The notes below the pieces were generated by a model. The model saw nothing but the letters and a program-made list of their open reading frames with translations. It had not been told where the DNA came from and searched no databases. From Lama guanicoe (taxonomy: Eukaryota), in NCBI GenBank assembly GCA_013239625.1, contig MU053810.1, forward strand, positions 3,111,518 to 3,175,517: DNA of 64,000 nt, read 5' to 3'. Positions 49,570-61,794 of the stretch are shown piece after piece. The position numbers were made by a program, and so were the translations under genes. The first letter of the stretch is position 1. Every line of letters starts with the position of its first letter.

Positions 49570-52222
49570 TCTCAAGGAAGAGCAGATAACCTGAATAATA
49601 GTATATCCCTTTTAAAAATAACTTTAGAGCTAAAGACCTTAAAACAAAGAAAACTGCAGGACCAGATTGCTTCTCTGATGAATTTTACTAAATATTTATG
49701 GAAAAAAATAATTCTAATTCTACACAAACTCTTCCAGGAAATAGAAATAAGGTCAGCATTACCCTGATACCAACAGGAGACTAAGATACTAGAAAAAAAG
49801 AAAAGGAAACAATATGTCTCATGAACACACACAGAAAATTCTCAACAAAATTTTAGCAAATAGTACCCAGCAATATGTAAAAGGGATAATACAGCAAGAT
49901 CAAGTGAGCTTTACCCAACAAATGCAAATTAGTTTCAAAATTTTTAAATCAATCAATGTAATTTACCATACTAAAACTAGAGAAAGACTGGTCATCTCAA
50001 TAGCTACAGGAAAAGCTTTGAAAAAATTCAGTATCTACTCAAGATTAAAAAAAAAAAAACTCTCAGCAAACTAGAATTCTAAGGGATATTCCTATGTTCC
50101 TCAACCTAAGAAAAGGTTATCTATGAAAAATTTACAACTAACATCATAGTTAATGGCGAATGACAAAAGGTTTTCCCTGAAGATGAGGAACAAGGTAAGA
50201 ATGTCTACTTTCACCACTCCTATTCAACGTCACACTGGAGGTGATAGCCAGTGAAATAAAGCATAAAAATAAAAGACATAAAGAATGGGAAGAAAGAAAT
50301 AAAATTATCTCTGTTTACAGAAGACATGATTGTCTACTCAGAAAAAAATCCCAAATGGGATCTATAAAAACTAACTGGAACTAATAAGTGAATTTAGCAA
50401 GGCCATAGGATATTAGGTTAATATACAAAACCAATTGTATCTTTATATATTCACAATGAATAATTAACAAATGAAACTTCAAAAGCTATCATTTAAAATA
50501 GTACCAAAAAGCATAAAATATTTAGGTATAAATTTAACAAAATATTTAAAAAATCTGCATGATCAACTATGAAGTACTGATGAGAGAAATCAAAGAAGAC
50601 ATATAAAAGTAGAGATATACCATGATCATGGATTGGAAAACTCAATATTGTCATTTCTCCTTTATATTGATCTATAGGTTCAATGTGATCCCAGCCAAAA
50701 TTCCAGCAGTCTTTTTTGCAGAAATCAACAAGCAGATATTAAAATTTATGCAGAGAAAGCAAACAAAATAGAATTGCCAAAACAATTTTGAAAAAAAAGA
50801 AGAAGTTGGAAGACTCATACTACCTGATTTTAAGACTTACATAAAGCTACAATAATCAGGACTGTTTTGGTATTGGCAAAAGGATAGACACAAAGATCGA
50901 TGTATGATAGAAAATTCAGAAATAGACCCACATACATATAGTCAATAGAATTTTGACAAGAGTGGAAAGGCAACTCAGAGAAAACAGTACAGTTTTTCAA
51001 AAAATAGGACAAAATAATTGAATATTTATATGCAAAAAGAACCCCAACTTAATCCATGTCTCACACAATATATAAAAATTGACACAAAGTGGATCACAAA
51101 CCTAACTGTAAAATCTAAAACTGTAAAACTTTTAGGAGAAAATCTAGGTGAAAGTCTTTGTGACCTTGGTTAAAGAATGATTTCTTAGATACCACACTAA
51201 AAGCACAATTTATAAAAGAAGAAAATGGGACTTAATAAAAAATTAACACTTCTGCTCATTGAAAGACCTTTTAAGAAAATGAAAAGACAATCCACAAACT
51301 ACCCAGAGAAATATTTGCAAAAACATATCTGATAAGGATATGTATCCAAAATATAAAAAGAACCCTCAGAACTCAATAATAAGAAAATAAATAACCCTAT
51401 AAAAATGGGTAAAAGATTCGAATTCACACTTCACTAATAAAGATACATGGATGGCAAATAGGCACATGAAAAGCTGCTCAACATCATTAGTCATTAGGGG
51501 AATGCAAATTAAAACCACAGTGACATACAATTATACACCTGTTAAAATGTCTAAAGTAACGATAATACTGCACATGAAGAGGATGTGAAGCAATGAGACT
51601 CCCATACAATGCTGGTGAGGATGCAATATGATACAGCTACTATGGGAAACAGTTTGGTAGCTTCTTGTGAAGTTAAACATATTCATATCATATAACCCAG
51701 CAATCCCACATCTCAATATTTATTCAAGAAAAATAAAAGCATATGTTTACACAAACTTGGCACACAAATCTTTACAGAGGCTTTATTCATAATCTCTAAA
51801 AACTGGAAGCAATCTAAATGTCCATCAACTGGGGAATGAATAAACAAACTTGTGGTATATCCATACAATGGAATACTCTTTGGCAGCAAGATGGAAAGAA
51901 CTACTGATACATATATCAACATAGGTGAATCTAAAAATACTTGGTGAGAGAAGCTGGACAGAAAAACTTTAAACTGAATGATTCTATTTGGGAGACATTC
52001 CAGAAAAGATAAAACTATAGTAAGACAAAGTAAATCAATGGCTGCCTGGGATAGGGTGGGCAGGAGGGAGTATAGTGACTGCAAAGGGGAAGAGGGGAAA
52101 TTGTTGGGATTATGGCAATGCTCTGTATCTTCATCTTGGTGTGGTTACATGACTGCATGCATTTGACAAACTCATTGAATTGTTCAACACTTTGTTTGGA
52201 GTTGCAGAGTTTAAACCTCCAA
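49570..52222 (+). mobile_element. L1 (L1MB/L1MC-like) from the ORF2 RT region to the 3' UTR, decayed
   Basis: Translations QDQIASLMNFTKYLWKKIILILHKLFQEIE and KILNKILANSTQQYVKGIIQQDQVSF match the L1 ORF2 RT domain; L1 sequence continues to the 3' end; multiple stops. Confidence 0.92.
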
Positions 52223-52402
52223 ATTCCAAATTGTGTGTCCTTCACGTGGTAGGTAAGGGTTCTTTTTCCTTACTGTTTTAAATTTACTTGATCTTCTAGA
52301 AGCTTTATGGAATATGCAAAGATGTCCCAAGTGGAGCCAAAAGGACCCAAGTTATGGATCATTCTAACTAGAGGATGAGAAAGCAGCTCCCTAACAGTTG
52401 TT

Positions 52403-53434
52403 GTGACAACCATAAAGATTTAGATCCTATGAGATTCAATATACTTTAAGAAGGCCTTGTAACCTATTTGTGTAACTTTATAGTGATCCTTACAGTTAGG
52501 ATTAAAATAAGCAAGAGATGTTCCAGAGGAAAATGTGAAGGCATCTCGATTTTGCTTCTGAATACTTTCTAATGAGGTGCTAACCAGAGGAAGTGATTCA
52601 CGAAAAGCTAGAGTAAGAACCAGTGGGAAGAGAAGGAATGGCCCACGAGGCCTTCTGAAGATGGAAGTGTTTACAGGTTAGCTGACCATAATGGACACTG
52701 GCCTGGATTCTGAGATTCCCGGGGGGCCAAGAGATGAAGGGTAAGATAATTATTGTCATCAAGGTCTTTGGGAGCATTTTATGACTTATGCTATTAAAAG
52801 AGCTCTGTCAGATCCACTGTAAAGTAAAGAAGTGTTATGCAGCCCAGAAGGTTTTTATTTCATTTTCTAAGTAGGGGTTTTTGTGCTTGAGGTCCTCAAA
52901 TGATTACATCATGTGCACAACAGCTGTAAATCTGAATGGAAAAAAAATCTATGCCAGTGAAAACAAAATTCACAATTACAGAATTACATTATTTGGCTGT
53001 AATTGCATGCATGGAGAACATGCTAAGGCTGGGCTCTGAATGTTTTGCACATGCTTAGGCTCTGAATGCTTTTCAAGAGCCATATGAAAGAGATGCCATT
53101 ATTACTCCTCTTATACATTTGAGAAAAATGAGACTTAGAGAAAATAAGTCCAAGGTCATAGAACTAGAAGCAGGTGGGATAGGGATTTGAGCCCAATTTC
53201 CTCTGACTCCATGCTCCATACTGACTTCATTGATTCAATAAATATTCTTGACTATCTGTTATGTACCAGGTACTTGTCTTTTCAAAGGACTCTTTTTTAA
53301 GGACAGCAAAGTAAAAAAGTAAAGAAGTAACAACTATAAAGGTTTAAATTCCATGAGCCTCAGTATACTTTAAGAAAGCACTTTAACTTATTTATATAAC
53401 TTTATAGTGATCCTTACAATTAAGGTAAAAATAA
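52403..53434 (+). repeat. 108-bp dispersed direct repeat (52403-52510 and 53327-53434)
   Basis: Manual ungapped alignment gives 88/108 identities, including the identical 22-mer TAACTTTATAGTGATCCTTACA. Confidence 0.9.
53015..53215 (-). mobile_element. MIR SINE
   Basis: cattattactcctcttatacatttgagaaaaatgagacttagag...ccaaggtcatagaactagaag...gggatttgagcccaa...tctgactcc. Confidence 0.75.
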
Positions 53435-55362
53435 ACTTTTAAAGCCCAGTTATGAAAATCTCCCCACTAAAAAAACAAAACAAAACAAAAGAATACATCT
53501 CTGGATAAATACTCCACAAAGGATTTTTTACATTCCTTTTCAATAAATTGTGTTACCCTAATCAAATGTGTTATTCGAAAAATTGATGCTCCACTTAAAA
53601 TTGGAGATAAACTCTAATCCTTAAATTTGCCATGTAAATGCTTTTATTTCCAAAGTATTATTTATGTAATTATTCAGATATTGTAAAGAAAATAACAATT
53701 ATTTTCCTCCAAAGAATGGTGTGATACTATTCCAACACACATAGTAGCATTATTTACTCTTCTATTATCATATTTAGCTGGAATGATCAAATGATCATTT
53801 TAATTTTGTGCATAATGTAAAACTATGCTCGAGACTCTGATAACATTTCAATGTAAAGATTTTTTTCCCTTACCATATTAGGAATTGTGTTGAATTTGTT
53901 CAAATTTAACCAAGTCTTTATCTTTACACTATTTTCTAAAATTTAATAAAATAAAGGGAAGCTAAGAGAAAAAGCTTAAGACAAACACAACTGTCTTTAT
54001 GCCATTTATGTCAATGGACAGATACTTAAGTCTTGGCTAAAGATTTAAGTCTGTTACTTTATGATATATGCTCCCGGCTACCCTGGCCATTACTTGACAG
54101 GATGTTTGCTTACAAAATGACTATTTTCCTATAGTCACTCTTGATTTTAATATAAAAGACTATCATTATGACTCAACTTGAACATTAAGTCATCATGGAA
54201 TGTCATAGTTTCTACAAACAGACAAATATTGATCACAGCAACTTTTAGAAACAGAGTAAAAGCAAAATGAAATTTAAATTCATTAAAAAGTATTGGTTTG
54301 AAAATGTTTTTTAGATTTCTCAAAACACATTAATCATTGGTTACAAAATCTCACAAACCTCTGTATTTTAGGTTTTTATTAATGTCCACCTTGTTACAAA
54401 AATAATTTAAGGCAACCTTCAAAACAACAACATATATACTTGAATATTACTTTCCTCCTATTATAATTGGCAAATGCAAAACCAGTATTTCTAGCATTAC
54501 TGTTGAAAAAAGAGTCCTTTGTAGAGTGCATATTGTCTACAGAAATTTATAAAACAGAATACACGTCTTCACTGCTACCATTGGTTTTATAAACCAATTC
54601 TTCATTTCAATTCACAAATATTTTAATTCAATTGCTATTTTAACAAAAACAAAATTTTCTTAACCCTCTGCCGACCACTCACCTATATATGATAGTTAGG
54701 CTGAATTAAAAATCTTGTCACCTTCAAATTTCAAAAAAAGCATATGAAAATTCAGAGTTTTCCCAGGCCTCGTTTGCCTGTGTACTTCCATCTACATTAT
54801 TAGTCTTTACCAAATTTCTCATTTCTTGGTCTACAATTTATAGAGTACTGCAAGTCAAATAAAAGTTGCCAAGTGTCTGATTAATTTTGATTTAGAATAC
54901 TGTTGCTCCAAATGATCCAGGCCTATTTATTTTGGCACAAAAAAAGAAGAAAGTTGAGTAATTACCCAGATACTAGTAACTCAAGTCTAAGTTTCTAATT
55001 ATATAGACTAACTTGACTATATTAATACAATTCTCTCTTTCACCTCTGTTGCTAGTCATTTTTTTCTTGGTATTTTATGACATTAAAATGATTCTATAAA
55101 CCTTGCTTCCCCAATTCCTTTCCATAAAATACAGGTTAGAATGCTTACACAAAGAAATGTAATTTTGAAAATAACACTTGTAGGAGTAAGAATGTGGTTA
55201 TGCTTCAAACTTAATAAAAGAATCAAAAGGTTGGGGAGAAAAAATAGAAAATTTTCATCTATTTCATAGGCACTTGTTTTCACAACAGCCTATAAAATCA
55301 ATTTCTGAGCACTCAGCATGGCGTAAAAATCAGTTATGTATAAACTATTTAAAGTCTTTTCT

Positions 55363-55623
55363 TACCATAGGGGAGGGGATGGTAGGGGGAATGAATGAAA
55401 TAGGTGAGAGAGAGTAAGAGGGACAAACTTCCAGTTATAAAATAAACAAATCACTAGAATGTAATGTATAACAGGGAATATAGTCAATAATATTATCATA
55501 ACTTTGTGTGGTGACAGATGGTAATTAAACTTATCATGGTGATCATTTTGCAATGTATAAAAATATTGAATCACTTTGTTGTGCAGCTGAAACTCATATA
55601 AGTCAACTCTAATAAAAAGTAAA
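55363..55623 (+). mobile_element. L1 (L1MA9-like) 3' tail
   Basis: acaaacttccagttataaaataaa...gaatatagtcaataatatt...ggtgacagatggtaa...gtgatcattttgcaatgtat...ctgaaact; imperfect 13-bp TSD TAAAG(TC/CA)TTTTCT. Confidence 0.85.
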
Positions 55624-58600
55624 TAAAGCATTTTCTGAATAGTTTTGTGTATGCAAAAATATAAGTGAGAGAATTGAACACAATTCTAGGTAGGTATTTT
55701 TAAAAAGTATTTTTAGAGTGAATTTTGTATAAAATTGTTTTGAGTCTATGCTTCCTTTTGACAAGGGAGATAAAATATGTATTCTCTTGAAAATAACATT
55801 CAACAGAATCATAACTGAAATGTTAAATTCTTAATCAGAATTATTTAAAAAAATATATATTTCAAAATATTAAACCACTCTTACCTAAGCCTTTCTTTGC
55901 AAAGTAATCTCCCTTAAAATGTTAATTTTGGTTTAAATGTGTACTTTAAATGAGTTAAAACCAAATTTTGTATAGTTTCTTTAGTGTTTGCAATGTATTT
56001 AATTCAGATCATGAATTCTTAGACACATAACTTCAGTTCCAAAATAATTCATTTGATAAGTGATGGTCAAATCTTTCATTTTATAAGCAAGTGCAGATTA
56101 CTGAGACCTGAGTTTAGTCTATAAAATACTCCTTTCATTTTTTTGTTTCCTTTTTTCTTTTTAAAATTATACTCTTTTAAACAAAATAAGAATATTTGTA
56201 TATTAAATTCAAGTTTTAATATGTAAAAAGCATGCTTTCAAAATACAAACTTCTAAAAATTATTGGCTTTAGACAATAATATTCCATTAAGTAGGCCCAT
56301 TTATTCCCTCCTTTTGCGGGGGGGTGGTGGTGCTGGAATTCATGATCTGGTCAAAACTTTAATTTCTGAGGTATGAGAAAATACAAGGTTAGAACAGAGA
56401 TTCCAAAACCAGAACCAAAAAGGAAGGGAATCTGTTAAATGTTTTCTGTTGTTTTAAGATAAACATAAGCCATCTTAAAACTGGTCAAGTTCCGGACATG
56501 ACAGATGATCTTTTAGTCCATTTTGAGCATGACTGAGGCTTAGCTGAATTAAGTGTAGCTAAAAGAATCTTGCTGTAACAGACTGTGTCAGAGAAAATAA
56601 ACAGTAAATAAGCTTTCTGGGATATTTCTTCTCTTGAAGGGAAACATTTTCCTTCCTTCTTTCCCTCTTTTAAAAAGTATTCAATCCTTCTCTCTCTTTA
56701 AAAATATACTAACAATTTAAAGGAGAGTCTGTATGCATATGGAAGAATTAATCAGATATGTTCATTAAAGTAAACTTGTTTCAACATGTCCACACTTCGC
56801 TTTCATTCTCTTATAGCTAAACCATGGGTCATTCTGCCTAATACCAGATCAACGAGGTAGGAAACCAAAGTGGTGATCTTTATAAATTTAAGTAGAAAAT
56901 GAAATCAACCTGCTGTTCAGGGGGAGACTGTGTTTATTATCTAAATTGCCTATTTGACAGAGTTTATTGGATGATTGGCCAGCTCCTAATTTTAGTATCA
57001 CTTCACTTGGTGAAGTAGGTATAAATTATGTGACTTAAGGAGTAAACTTGTTTTTTATAATTCATACAAAAGATAAGTACATTGTAATCATTTAAATCAC
57101 TTTCTGAATTTAAAGGTAAGTAATTAGTTTTTATTTGTCTATATAGAGAAGTTCTAACACATAATTTAACCTGTTCTTTTCTCATTAAATGTACTGTGGA
57201 GTACGGCGGCTTTCCTTGTTTCTTTCTAATTTCCTTTCCTTTCAGTTAAAATTTGCCTTCACCCCTTGCCAAACTGCATTTGTTTATTTTCACTTTTAAC
57301 AAAAACCAATTTCTTATTTCTTCCCAGCTTAAGACTTCACAATTTTAGTCTGTACGACTCAGATATTCCCATGTGACATTAGTTGGTTGGCTTGAAAATA
57401 AAGGATCCAACTTCCCAAAGGAAGCCCTAAAGAGCTGACATGACTTTTCCAAAATACATAAAATCTTTTCAAAACTACAGACTGGTTAGACACAAAGATT
57501 TGATATTAAAAATTATCATTTGATGCTTATGGACGTTCCTTTAATGTTACAAAATTGTCTCATTTTGCCTCAAGTAGCTAACAAAATCAAGGCATGACAC
57601 TCTTGATGACAGCTCCCAAATCTCATTTTAGAAATTCTAGAGTATTCTTTTTTAACAATATCTTGACTATAGAATTCCCTATTTGCAAACAAAAGTATAG
57701 TTTCTTAATTTCAAAGGAAATGCTTTGAGATTTATCTTTTTAAGAAACTCAGTTTCTTAGTAGTATGATAATTTAACCTGTTACAACTTAGATTTGAAAT
57801 ATTTAATTTTGTTTATTGTTATATCAATTTCAGGTTTTACATTTGATATTTCCCTGATGCAACTATCTGAAAAACAAAATTTAAAAAATGATACTAAATG
57901 ATGAAAATATTACTTAAATAGAAGTTGTACTAATTAGTTTACATGTTCTCAATAAAAGGTTTGAGGGAAAAATACAAAACACTTTTGAAAACCTGCAAGC
58001 ATGAATTTTCTGTGTTTTAGAGAACATTCTATCACTGATTTTCATTCCTACAGTTTCAGTTTCTTTTATGTGACTAGCATTTCACTTTCTCTCACATCTT
58101 AAGGCACTAATTCGATTGCAATGAATTTGAGTTTTATCTGAAAGTCCTCAAATATAAGATAGACTACATGATGTAAGGCAGGGAGAAGGTCGCATTTGCC
58201 TATATAAGGGATTGGATTAAATGTTTCATTTGGAAATTAAAGCTTTGTTGTCCTTTCTGAATGCTTAATACGGTCTTCTGACAACATATTTGATGCAAGA
58301 CTCAGTTTGAAACCACTGAACTCTGTGGTGATAAATATGCCAAAAAACTGAACAAATTCCAAGTCCCAATCTATGCCTTACCAAGTTAGGATATTTAATA
58401 ACAATGTGTATAGATTTTATAAACTCCACTGAAATAATTTTGACCTATACTCTCAAATGCCACATGTAACTCAGTGAAGCATCCTCCCAATTCTTCATTT
58501 GTGGTTAAAATATCTTTAAAAGAGTAAATTCTATTTTTATTAATATTTATCTCAAGGCTTTAAGATCATTAACCATCAAAGAATCAGTATTAAGGGGCAG

Positions 58601-59302
58601 AGAGAAGATGATTTCTTGTGTATAGATAATATTTAAGTGTTTTTAACTTCGTTCTCTCTGGAAAATGAGCAAGTATTCCATGGGCAGGATGAAATAGAAC
58701 CCCACTAGAAGACATACTATATATGCCACTGAAAACTTCTGGATGTCCCATGGGCATTTAAGCGTATTGGCTTTTTTTCCCCTCCCATGGATGTTCAAGG
58801 AACTTGTCAATCTAAAAGGATACTTTCCTTCAGTTTTCTCTATACAAAAGCAAAAGTATTTACACAATCTAAAAAATAAATACCAGAAATTTTTTACAAC
58901 CAACAAATGTAACAGTGAGGCCTTTGGGAAAAGTTGACCACACAGATCCTGTAAATGCCCCAGCCCACTTAAACTGCACTCACAGTGCAGAGGCCAATAT
59001 TAAATTGGTTCCCCCTCCCCCACAAAATTAATAATAATAATAATAACAACAAACCAGCTCAAAGGACAGAATGTATTTGAAAACTCTAAAATATTGTTTA
59101 AAGTGATTCTGATTCTTTGAATAATTTGTAGATTCTCAAAAAGAGAAATTTATCAGCATTGTCCATCTTAATATTTGCAGTTTAAAAGGAAAAAAAGTAT
59201 ATATTATTGACATGAAGATCTTTGAATATCTATTTTGTTATTTTCATCTCCACATAATTGTTATTTTAAAAGGTTTTTTCAGGGCAAATTTAGTCTATTG
59301 GC

Positions 59303-59348
59303 TTTAAGGCTGCAGAATTTTTTTTTTTAAGGCTGCAGAATTTTTTTT
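59303..59348 (+). repeat. Perfect 23-bp tandem duplication
   Basis: TTTAAGGCTGCAGAATTTTTTTT x2. Confidence 0.95.
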
Positions 59349-61512
59349 AGTAAAAGCTCCAATGCTATTTTCAGTGATCAAACCAAAAATTTTAAATATT
59401 TTTTCACACTTTCAGAATGTGTTCACACATAGTTTTTCTAATACTATAGAATACATTGATTTTATTGCTGCAACAAAGATTCTACACCTGTGTAATCATG
59501 CCTTTTAATGATTATACTTCAATGTATTTTAATGGCTTACTTGTCAAAGATACACATATACTATTAACACTTAAACAAATACTTAATCCTGTGCCTCCTT
59601 CAAAGGAAGTCGAAATAAATGTAGCTACAGGGGGGAAATTCAGTTTTTCTAGTATCAGAAAACATTATGGTTAAAATTTTTATGTGAGCTGGAAATGGTC
59701 CCATCACTTGGGCCTAACACTTAAATACATTTAGGCAGAAGAGGACAAATGCCTTATAAGACAAAGAACTGACTTATGTACAGGAGGATAATATGATGGC
59801 TATTATGGAAACAATCCTTGTGAATTTCCTAACTTTTCTGCCCACAAACTCTCCTTTAATCGTATTTACTTTCCTCTTTTAAAGTAACATTTAAAAATCT
59901 ATGCTCAAGCATTACTGTTTTCTTTTTTGACACTAAATTGAGTATGATTACAGTCACCAACTCAAATTCTATTAGAGTATTAACAATCAATGTTACGAAA
60001 AGTCATAAAATATATGTGTAACAAACATAATGAGCTTGGGTGTTGTTAATACTGTTTAAGCTTTTACACAACTCTGCCCTGTAAAATACCCCTCATGAAA
60101 ATCAGGTATCTGGACATTTTTCAACTGACATTTTACTACTGATGAGAAACAAGGAGATTAGAAAGAAAATGAGAGATGGGAAGAAAAGATGAACATGATT
60201 AATAGGTATTTGTTTCTTAAAGTCTCTAGGGAGACTTTTAAATCCTTCACTGCTCCTATAGGCTCACCGAAGTGGAGAGCTAATTCACATGCCTTTCAAA
60301 GCCTTCAAAGGAGAACTGAGTAGTTACTCAATCTTTACTGATGCTAAATTATTCCATTTGCGTCCTGTTGTTGTGAAATCAAGTGCTCTTTATGCATTGG
60401 TGCAAGGTTAAATGTTGACTGTATTCATTAGAAACTTTTTTTTTCCAAACAAGCACCTAAATTATGTCCAAAAAAGTGTCTCATGTTGAGTCTGTTTCAA
60501 ACAATGCCTCCTGAACACTAAAACATCTTTCTTGTTGCTTCTCTCTCCCCTTCACCCAGAAAGAACTTGCATTTTGACTTTTCTTTCTAAACTTTTTTGA
60601 TCAAAAAAGTGTCATCTACTTTGCTTCGCGGTTTTTGTTTTTTGTTTTTTAGAATCACTCCTGTTTTCCAACTTTGTAGAAATATAAAGGGGAAGTTAAA
60701 CTTTATACAGCATTTGAATCTTTAAAATTACGGGTATTCGTAACAATAATGTACTTCGAATCAAGGGTTTGCCATTCCTGACTATATTTTACTAAGATAA
60801 CTATCTGATATAAATATATGAAGATTGTTTGACTGATTAAAACAGGGCTCATAGATGTTGTGAGTACAGTAGCACAAAATTTGCATCAGTTTGCTTTTGA
60901 AAGGTGTTTCTGCAGTGGGTAAAAACTTAATAATTGTGCCCAATATGTTCGTGAATAAGGAAAGTATTAACCCCTCAGTTGTCCAAGTACAGCGCGTACA
61001 CGCGCGCTCTATGTATCACACCGCCCTCCTCCCCGCAGAAAGGAATCGATTGCCGTATTCCAGAAATGACAATGAAGAAGGAAAACTAAGCAAGAACTAT
61101 AATCAGCCGTCTACAGTCTCACTCACAAAAGGGCAGTGCTGTGGGGTTAAGCTGTTGAGTTAAAAAAACAAAACCAAACCCCAAACCCAAACCAACCAGT
61201 TGCCTTAAACTGGAGCTTCCCACAAGCTTTCGCGCTGAGCGAGGAGCGGGGAAGGCGTAGTTCTCGGGAACTGGGGGCCGGGACCCCGACACCGTCACCA
61301 CCTCCCGAGGGGGTCTTTCGGGAGCGCTCCCGCCGGAGCCGGTGACAATCCTGGGTGGGCGCCGAGCAGAGAAAGCTCCGAGCGCGTCCACAAAGCGCCC
61401 GGACCGCCTCAGGCACTGAGGCGCGGCGGCTCTGGCGGCGGGCGCAGGAGGAAGGGCTGGACGGAAGCGGCGGCGGCGGCTGGCGGGCGGCCGGGGACGC
61501 GGGCCGGGGCGC

Positions 61513-61557
61513 GGGCGGGGAGGCCCCGGGCGGGGAGGCCCCGGGCAGGGAGGCCCG
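61513..61557 (+). repeat. Three copies of a 15-bp GC-box unit
   Basis: GGGCGGGGAGGCCCC / GGGCGGGGAGGCCCC / GGGCAGGGAGGCCCG. Confidence 0.92.
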
Positions 61558-61655
61558 CAGCCCGCGCCGCCGCCCCAGCCGCGTGCGCGCGCGGCCGCAT
61601 CAGCTGAGCGCGCGCGTCACGTGGTGCGCGTGTCGAAGGTCACGGCGCGCTCACA

Positions 61656-61794
61656 ATGGAGCTCTCGGAGTATGTGCAGAAAGGCTTCCAGATGCTGGCT
61701 GATCCCGGCTCCTTCGACTCCAACGCCTTCACGCTTCTCCTCCGGGCGGCTTTCCAGAGCCTGCTGGACGCCCAGGCGGACGAGGCCGTGTTAG
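61656..61794 (+). CDS. COMMD3: COMM domain-containing protein 3, coding exon 1 (139 nt)
   Basis: Strong Kozak ACAATGG; MELSEYVQKGFQMLADPGSFDSNAFTLLLRAAFQSLLDAQADEAVL matches the COMMD3 N-terminus; donor G|GTAAGC. Confidence 0.97.

Noticed and set aside
53018..53073. Short imperfect tandem duplication (also 13-mers at about 34887-34912 and 45213-45238)
   Set aside because: Ordinary slippage duplications, mostly inside old repeats; no evidence of function
61249..61278. ZNF143/THAP11-like ACTAC...TCCC motif and STAT-like TTCTCGGGAA
   Set aside because: Spacing deviates from consensus; too short to call from sequence alone
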